Shown one piece after another: positions 44,768 through 50,343 of a stretch of DNA of 50,343 bases. The number at the start of each line of letters is the position of its first letter. Within the stretch, counting starts at the first letter, position 1. Below the pieces are notes generated by a model. It saw only the letters and a list, made by a program, of their open reading frames with translations, did no database searches and had not been told where the DNA came from. This DNA comes from Minisyncoccota bacterium (GTDB taxonomy: Bacteria; Patescibacteriota; Minisyncoccia; Phycocordibacterales; UBA9973). The stretch spans positions 1-50,343 of the forward strand of contig JBAYHY010000004.1 of assembly GCA_041665885.1 (NCBI GenBank), read 5' to 3'. A program made the position numbers and the translations under genes.

Positions 44768-44810
44768 ATAATATTTTTAATCATAATACATATTAACAAA
44801 AATGCATAAT

Positions 44811-44836
44811 CCCCCATTTACGCCATGGCTTAAATG
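44811..44836. repeat. Palindromic direct repeat, copy 1
   Basis: cccccatttacgccatggcttaaatg, identical at 45215-45240. Confidence 0.9.
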
Positions 44837-45195
44837 TGGGTATTATAGGGTTTAGCCAGTTTAAAAGTTTTAAAGTCGTCCTTTATTCTTATCCTCTCTA
44901 AATAATCCAAGAAATCTTTTGGCAAAGGTGATGGGCCAACCCAGACACTTTTTTGAATCATAACATAGCCAAACTTAACTAGCTGGCGACGAAACCAGTC
45001 TCGTTCCTTCTTTAAGTTATGTGGAATATCATACATCACAATAAGATTTTTAGGTGCGTCTTTTTTGAAGGGTGAAATAAAAACAGAATTATAAAAAGCC
45101 TTTTTTCTTCCTTCTATTTTTGCGCGACTTTTTCTATCTCTTGAAAAAAGAGGAATGCCGAAGGAATTAACTCTCATGCCTTTATACGTAGCCAT
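44830..45195 (-). CDS. Stand-alone Cas2-like (PaaX central-domain-like) protein
   Basis: IVMYDIP, FRRQL..FGY..IQKSVWV; no other cas genes in the window. Confidence 0.75.
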   Translation of the reverse strand: MATYKGMRVNSFGIPLFSRDRKSRAKIEGRKKAFYNSVFISPFKKDAPKNLIVMYDIPHNLKKERDWFRRQLVKFGYVMIQKSVWVGPSPLPKDFLDYLERIRIKDDFKTFKLAKPYNTHI

Positions 45196-45214
45196 ATCTT
45201 AAGTATACATCATG

Positions 45215-45240
45215 CCCCCATTTACGCCATGGCTTAAATG
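45215..45240. repeat. Palindromic direct repeat, copy 2
   Basis: Identical 26-mer 404 bp from copy 1; CCCCATTTA-C-GCCATGGC-T-TAAATGGGG palindrome (45216-45243). Confidence 0.9.
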
Positions 45241-45258
45241 GGGATTATTATGAATTCA

Positions 45259-45777
45259 TTAAAATTTAGAGAAAATTTCACCAACAACATCTTCCATGGA
45301 TCTTTCGGCATCAACGGGAATAGCTCCCTCTTCCTGTAATTCCTTTTCAAAATTTTTATACCAACTTAAAACATTCTCTTGATCTAAAATATGTTTACCA
45401 AAATTATGGTTATCTCTTTCTATTAACCTTTTAATAAAAATATCTTCTGGGCAACGCAAAAGAAAAACCTTGTCAAACAAACCCCATAATTCCGAACGAT
45501 TATTAAACAACCCCGCGACAGCTATGGTTTTTTCTGGATTATTTTTTATTAAATTATTTAATTTTTCTTTATCACAAACATACTGATGTTTTTTGTACCA
45601 ACCCTCACTCATTCCTGGATTCCATGCTGATTTTTCTTTTGTTCTTTTGTCTATCCAGTAAGTCAAACCATTAACTGAATCGGCATCTATTGAAAAAATC
45701 CCTTTTTTAACTAACTTTTTTACAACACTTGATTTTCCTGTTCCGGGCATTCCTGTTATAAAAAATACTTTTTTCAT
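45259..45777 (-). CDS. P-loop nucleotide kinase-like protein (AAA_18-like)
   Basis: ITGMPGTGKSS, IDAD, R...RD lid-like segment. Confidence 0.8.
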   Translation of the reverse strand: MKKVFFITGMPGTGKSSVVKKLVKKGIFSIDADSVNGLTYWIDKRTKEKSAWNPGMSEGWYKKHQYVCDKEKLNNLIKNNPEKTIAVAGLFNNRSELWGLFDKVFLLRCPEDIFIKRLIERDNHNFGKHILDQENVLSWYKNFEKELQEEGAIPVDAERSMEDVVGEIFSKF

Positions 45778-46604
45778 TTTTTACTTTTCGCTACTGTTAA
45801 TACATTATTAAGAAGCATAGCGACGGTGACCGGGCCCACTCCGCCGGGCACGGGTGATAAATATCCAGCAACTTCTTTCACCGATTCCGAATCAACATCT
45901 CCGATTATCCCTCCCTCTGATTCAGAAGTCCCGGCGTCGATCAATATCGCGCCTTTTTTAATCATATCACCGGTAAGGTATTTGCCCTTCCCCATTCCTG
46001 AAATCACGACATCTGCTTGTTTGATAATCTCTTCTTTGTTTAACGTTTCGTTGGTAATTATTTCCGGTGATAAATTCCTCGCGCGAAGCAAGGCGGCAAC
46101 CGGCCGACCCACCAACATTCCTTGCCCCAGGATAACTATATTTTTTTCTTTCAAATCCACGCCGATAGAATCAAGCAGAGCCATACAAGAAAATGCCGCC
46201 GGAAAACTTATATCGTTTTCTCCTTCGTAAAATTTTCGACTGGCAATAGCCCCCAAACAATCAACATCAAGACGTGAATCAATGCTATCTAATACTTTTT
46301 GTTTATCTAAATGCTCCGGAAGAGGAAGCTGAACAATAATTCCGCACATATTGGGAACTTTATTTAAGTCTTTTATTTCTTCAATCAATTTTTCTGTATT
46401 TATCTCTCGCGGAAAGCTCGTAGGATAAAATGAAATACCGACAGCCTCAGCCATTCGTTCTTTTATTTTTACATACTGCACAGAAGCTGGATCATCCCCC
46501 ACCAGGACATCGCAAAAAATCGGCACGAATGAAAGTTTCCCCACTTCGTCTTTTACTTTAGCCAAAATTTCATCTCGAATTTTTCTCCCATCAATAATTA
46601 TCAT
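45774..46604 (-). CDS. folD: Methylenetetrahydrofolate dehydrogenase/cyclohydrolase
   Basis: GIIVQLPLP, LVGRP, LIDAG, SPVPGGVGPVTVAMLL. Confidence 0.95.
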   Translation of the reverse strand: MIIIDGRKIRDEILAKVKDEVGKLSFVPIFCDVLVGDDPASVQYVKIKERMAEAVGISFYPTSFPREINTEKLIEEIKDLNKVPNMCGIIVQLPLPEHLDKQKVLDSIDSRLDVDCLGAIASRKFYEGENDISFPAAFSCMALLDSIGVDLKEKNIVILGQGMLVGRPVAALLRARNLSPEIITNETLNKEEIIKQADVVISGMGKGKYLTGDMIKKGAILIDAGTSESEGGIIGDVDSESVKEVAGYLSPVPGGVGPVTVAMLLNNVLTVAKSKK

Positions 46605-46609
46605 TTGTG

Positions 46610-47749
46610 CTAAATACCCAAAAACTCATTTTTAATATCATCTCGGTGTGCTGACCTCTCATACCGACGCATGCCCATTAAAATACCCAATCCCATAAAT
46701 TCAGCCAAAAGGTGTGAACCCCCATAACTCATAAAGGGAAGCGGAATACCGGTAACGGGCATAATTCCTAAATTCATACCGACATTGATAAGAATATGCC
46801 CCATAAAGAAAATCGCAATACCCAAACCAAAAAGTATCTCAAAATTTGACGCCCCCAAATACGCAGTATGGAGAATCCTCCAAATTACCAAACTAAACAA
46901 CAAAAGAATCAAAACTGAACCGACAAAACCCCACTCCTCGGCAAAAGCGGCAAAAATGAAATCAGACTGCGGAACCGGCAGGAATTTTAATCGGGATTGT
47001 GTCCCAAAGCCCAAGCCCTTACCGAGGATCTGACCAGAACCGACGGCGATAGTTGACTGAAAAACATTATAGCCGGTTTTCTGAACATCGGTAAGCGGAT
47101 TTAAAAAATTATAAATACGTGCTTTCTGATACGGTTTAAAAGCAAAAACCCAAAGCAAAGTAAAAATTAATATTCCGGAAGCCATAACCAAAAAAAGGTG
47201 AGTTTTAGAAATTCCAGAAACTAAAACCATCCCTAGCCAAATAAAAAGTATAATCATAGCCGAACCAAAGTCGGGCTGGAGTAAAACCAAAATAAGCGGA
47301 ACCAAGGCATAAAAACCAGAAATAAAAATGTGCTTGATATCTCTAATCTCCACGTGCCGACGAGAAAAATATTTAGCTAAAACTAAAATCAATATCAGTT
47401 TCATCATGTCTACCGGCTGAAAGGAAAAAAAACCAAAATCAAACCAACTTTTCGCTCCATGAGAAATTTTCCCCAAAACCACCAAAAAAAGTAAAATAAA
47501 AGAAAAAAATAAAAATAAAAAAACTAAAACATCAGTCCGCTTTAAAAATCGAAAATCAATAAGAGAAAAAACAAAAAAAACAAAAAAAGAAATTGCTACC
47601 CAAATAATCTGCTTTCCAAAAAAATCAGCCGTGCTCTCAGCCGGAGTAAAAGACTTCATCGTCACCAGTCCCGCCAAGACTATCGGGGCGACAAAAGCCA
47701 CCAGCAACCAATCTACTCCGTTAGAGATTTTTTTTACTGAATTTGGCAT
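46610..47749 (-). CDS. rodA: SEDS peptidoglycan polymerase, RodA-type
   Basis: GAKSWF..GFFSFQP, LLQPDFGS, GTQSRLKFLP..QSDFIF, PLPFMSYGGS. Confidence 0.88.
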   Translation of the reverse strand: MPNSVKKISNGVDWLLVAFVAPIVLAGLVTMKSFTPAESTADFFGKQIIWVAISFFVFFVFSLIDFRFLKRTDVLVFLFLFFSFILLFLVVLGKISHGAKSWFDFGFFSFQPVDMMKLILILVLAKYFSRRHVEIRDIKHIFISGFYALVPLILVLLQPDFGSAMIILFIWLGMVLVSGISKTHLFLVMASGILIFTLLWVFAFKPYQKARIYNFLNPLTDVQKTGYNVFQSTIAVGSGQILGKGLGFGTQSRLKFLPVPQSDFIFAAFAEEWGFVGSVLILLLFSLVIWRILHTAYLGASNFEILFGLGIAIFFMGHILINVGMNLGIMPVTGIPLPFMSYGGSHLLAEFMGLGILMGMRRYERSAHRDDIKNEFLGI

Positions 47750-47760
47750 AATTTCGTTGA

Positions 47761-48552
47761 TTATTGCAGTTTAGCAGAAAAAATATTGAACATCGGAATT
47801 ATTTCTTTTTGTACCACGTCGCCCGGCAACGGCCCTGGCCAGGTAAAATTGACATCCGAATTTTGCAGGGGCCCCAATTGTTCGAAATATGTCCGGCTGG
47901 TAGAAACTGCATTCCCCATCGCATCGTATAAAATCGCCACTACGTCTACGTTCGGAATGGTGAAAAGTGAACTGTTTTTTATCGTGGCAGAAAGTCTCGG
48001 GCTTGTTTTTTCGTCTGTGAGTTGAATATTAGAAATAAAAACTTTCAATTGATTTATTTTCTCCGTAGAAACCTGTAGCCAGACAGGCTCCTCGGTAAAT
48101 TCAAAAGAAACATAAACAGGGACAGCGCTTCCAATGTCTATCGCCGGCTCAAAGACGGCGAAGTTACCACCCGGGGGTACAAAAGTGCTCCCTTCCCGTT
48201 TTCCGACATACACATTGTTCACGTCGGCAAAACGAAATCGATAAGTTATGTTTTCTATGGCTTCATTTTGATTGTGGTTCGTAAGATAGGCGACAGCGTT
48301 ATAACGTCCGGGCACCACCTCAAAAGTTCGCGCCCATAGAATCGAGACCTGGTCCACTTGAAAAACACAAGCTTTCGGGCAAGATCCCCCACAATCTACT
48401 CCAGCTTCGTCTCCATTTTGTTTATTATCCGTGCAAGTGGGTGCTTTATTTAAATTGGGATAAATTATCAAAAATCCAAGTATTGAAATGAATAAAACCA
48501 AAATGGTTATATATATAATTTGACGCTTGAGCGCCCAAGTCATGATTACCAT
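47761..48552 (-). CDS. Membrane-anchored protein with CxDxxxNGDExGVDCGGxC motif and two Ig-like domains
   Basis: TM then CTDNKQNGDEAGVDCGGSC; start reassigned to ATG 48552. Confidence 0.7.
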   Translation of the reverse strand: MVIMTWALKRQIIYITILVLFISILGFLIIYPNLNKAPTCTDNKQNGDEAGVDCGGSCPKACVFQVDQVSILWARTFEVVPGRYNAVAYLTNHNQNEAIENITYRFRFADVNNVYVGKREGSTFVPPGGNFAVFEPAIDIGSAVPVYVSFEFTEEPVWLQVSTEKINQLKVFISNIQLTDEKTSPRLSATIKNSSLFTIPNVDVVAILYDAMGNAVSTSRTYFEQLGPLQNSDVNFTWPGPLPGDVVQKEIIPMFNIFSAKLQ

Positions 48553-48600
48553 AGACGTATAATAGCATTTAAGGGCCAAAAAATAAACGCCCAAAAATGA

Positions 48601-48638
48601 AAAGGCCCGGACACCGTCATGGAGACGGGCCGGACCTG
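48601..48638 (-). terminator. Terminator of the GC-rich two-gene cassette
   Basis: AGGTCCGG...CCGGGCCT-TTT. Confidence 0.65.
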
Positions 48639-48648
48639 AATATCTGAT

Positions 48649-48837
48649 TTACCAGTGGCAATAACTTCGTTGCCACTTGAGCAACCGGTTCCTGAACCTC
48701 CGGGGAACCGGGAATTTCTTCACCAGCTCCCCTGGACACAGAGCAATCGCCAGGAGCATGACGGCAATCGCGAGGGTAGCAATATACCCGATGTATATAC
48801 ACAGGCACAAAAGAACAACCAAAACCTTTTCTAACAT
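48649..48837 (-). CDS. GC-rich small single-TM protein, 62 aa (MLEKVLVVLL...)
   Basis: G-rich SD AAAGGGGGGT before ATG 48837; TM plus basic tail. Confidence 0.55.
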   Translation of the reverse strand: MLEKVLVVLLCLCIYIGYIATLAIAVMLLAIALCPGELVKKFPVPRRFRNRLLKWQRSYCHW

Positions 48838-48850
48838 TAAGCACCCCCCT

Positions 48851-49069
48851 TTAGTTTGTACTTGTCCTTTTTCGTCCGAAGACGATCGCCATGATCGCCT
48901 CATCTATCCTGAACGTGGCGGCAACCGACATCGCCGTAAAAACGATAATGGCAATGACTTCCGTCGTGGTGTAATCCCGCATGGGGATCTCACCACAACT
49001 CGCAGTCAAGAAAGCCCCCACAAGAAACAGACCAGCAAAGACGACCCTAAGGCCCGAAATCTCTCTCAT
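48851..49069 (-). CDS. GC-rich small two-TM protein, 72 aa
   Basis: GGAGGTG SD; TTGACT-N18-TATAAT promoter at 49088-49117. Confidence 0.6.
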   Translation of the reverse strand: MREISGLRVVFAGLFLVGAFLTASCGEIPMRDYTTTEVIAIIVFTAMSVAATFRIDEAIMAIVFGRKRTSTN

Positions 49070-49122
49070 TTGTCACCTCCATTTTCTATTATATCACACG
49101 AAGTATGAAAAAGTCAAGTAGC

Positions 49123-49150
49123 AAAAAAGCCATATAAATATGGCTTTTTT
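49123..49150. terminator. Terminator after the DUF975 gene
   Basis: aaaaaagccata-taaa-tatggctttttt. Confidence 0.8.
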
Positions 49151-49171
49151 GGTTAAAATGAACTTTTATGC

Positions 49172-49780
49172 TTATTGAGCCGGTGCAGGATTCGGAGCTA
49201 CCATTTTACCGGAAATATCATCATAAAACTTCGCCATCGTTATCTGCACGTAGGGTATAAGCCACAGAAATCCTATTCCCAAGGTTAAGATACTTAACAA
49301 TGCCCACCCCAAAAATCTTAAACAGAGAAAAAATAATTTCTTCTTGTTGCCATACATCATTGCTTTACTTTTCTTTATCGCTTCTCCCCCGCTAATCGTT
49401 TTATCTTCTGCGAGAATATAAAATGTTTGGGAATATGACAGAGCTGCGATAATCCCGGGGACTATCAGAAGGAGCGCCCAGAGAAGAATAAAAAGTATCC
49501 TCAAAAAATAAGCTACGAAAGTTCTTCCGAATTCATTGAACCCGAGAAACAATTGAGAAACAGAGGCTTCTTGTTTTCTGGAAAAAGCCAAAGAAAAAGT
49601 CGCTAGTCCAAAAAGCATGGGACCGCCAATCACCAAACCGAAGAGCGACCCGATTTTACGCGGAGATTGTACGACGATCGTTATTAACATGTATAAAAAA
49701 CAAAATCCTATCGCAAGCCCCCACCTCCCCGCGAGAGTTTCTCTCGCTTCCTTCATTAAAAGTGCATTATCCTTTTTCAT
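49172..49780 (-). CDS. DUF975 family membrane protein
   Basis: AR..L.GRW, LWALLLIVPGII..LSYSQT.YIL, S..MM.GNK..LF.L. Confidence 0.88.
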   Translation of the reverse strand: MKKDNALLMKEARETLAGRWGLAIGFCFLYMLITIVVQSPRKIGSLFGLVIGGPMLFGLATFSLAFSRKQEASVSQLFLGFNEFGRTFVAYFLRILFILLWALLLIVPGIIAALSYSQTFYILAEDKTISGGEAIKKSKAMMYGNKKKLFFLCLRFLGWALLSILTLGIGFLWLIPYVQITMAKFYDDISGKMVAPNPAPAQ

Positions 49781-49843
49781 AAAATTTTATTTAACTAATA
49801 AATTTATAACCCTTTAATTATACAACTATTAAAAACACAACAC

Positions 49844-49872
49844 AAAAACCAGTAATTTTATTACTGGTTTTT
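49844..49872 (-). terminator. rRNA operon terminator
   Basis: aaaaaccagtaa-tttta-ttactggttttt. Confidence 0.8.
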
Positions 49873-49888
49873 TTAGAATCAAGTACTC

Positions 49889-50000
49889 GGTGTTGGCGAC
49901 AGCCTACTTTTCCCATGAAGAGTATCATCGGCTCAACAAGGCTTAACTTCTCTGTTCGGAATGGAAAGAGGTGTTTCCCTTGCGACAAATCACCAACACT
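49889..50000 (-). rRNA. rrf: 5S rRNA
   Basis: Terminal helix GTGTTGGTGA/TCGCCAACAC; CCATTCCGAAC and GAAGTTAAG conserved loops. Confidence 0.95.
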
Positions 50001-50175
50001 GAAAACTTGATTACAAAATTCTTCACAAAGAATTTTTAAAAAACGTGTACCTCCCTGCTAAAGCAGGCCCAGTCCTTTTGACTCCGAGGGCGCAGTTTTA
50101 AGAAAATTCTTTGCGAAGAATAATATTTTAATTGTCCCTGTCGCTCGCGAGCGACAGGGTGTGGTTTACAAATTT

Positions 50176-50343
50176 CTTAACAGGAATCGAAACATTAGTA
50201 CTTCTCAGCTCAACGCATTGCTGCGCTTACACTTAAAGCCTATCAACGTGATCATCTCTCACGGTTCTTAACGATTCCTAATCTTGAAGCTGGCTTCCCT
50301 CTTAGATGCTTTCAGAGGTTATCCATTCCCGACATAGCTACCG
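50176..50343 (-). rRNA. rrl: 3' end of 23S rRNA (partial; 3' boundary approximate)
   Basis: Plus strand cattagtac, cgcttacac...cctatcaacgt, cttagatgctttcag match conserved 23S domain VI. Confidence 0.96.

Noticed and set aside
44811-45240. CRISPR array beside the Cas2-like gene
   Set aside because: Only two repeats, separated by 378 bp containing a gene; no cas1 or effector genes
48617-48844. Alternative-frame 75-aa ORF (MLNVRK...)
   Set aside because: Overlaps the better 62-aa TM ORF whose ATG is properly spaced from the SD; its end runs into the terminator
296-49817. Remaining short opposite-strand ORFs in the six-frame track
   Set aside because: They lie antisense to or inside well-supported genes and lack motifs or expression signals
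50176-50343. Short helix-98 region in 23S and compact 5S helices
   Set aside because: Known lineage-variable rRNA features; not unusual for reduced genomes
1-50343. UGA recoding (code 25)
   Set aside because: RF2 is present and genes such as prfB end at TGA; conserved proteins are full length under code 11

Overview
50-kb window from a small-genome, AT-rich bacterium. Gene content (short RF2, free-standing Cas2-like and HTH-LAGLIDADG-like genes, almost no Shine-Dalgarno sites, cohesin/S74 surface proteins) points to Patescibacteria/CPR, probably Parcubacteria (inference); genetic code 11. Most genes are on the minus strand. Housekeeping genes: ECF sigma, amidase, pyrG, ftsEX, prfB, gatCA, htpX, lemA, secDF, dedA, folD, rodA, six tRNAs, 5S and the 3' end of 23S rRNA. 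About 22 kb (18.8-40.5 kb) is a surface-appendage region: a 2165-aa tailspike-like protein with a peptidase S74 chaperone, a WxL/fimbrial-like cluster with a DUF916-like partner, two membrane-anchored cohesins with a dockerin-tipped repeat fibre, and a divergent operon with tatC+tatA, one KR-type Tat substrate and signal-less phage-like proteins (best candidate for an undescribed system). Other highlights: an ORF-less group I intron in tRNA-fMet beside a free-standing HTH-LAGLIDADG-like gene; two tRNA-hairpin-GIY-YIG units; tiny palindromic elements of 3n length inserted in frame in pyrG and at the end of secF; a Cas2-like gene bracketed by palindromic direct repeats; a tRNA-Met with a non-canonical elbow; prfB starting 1 nt after a tRNA; widespread leaderless promoters versus three GC-rich, SD-led orphan cassettes. 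Protein family calls come from motif recognition by eye, not database searches.
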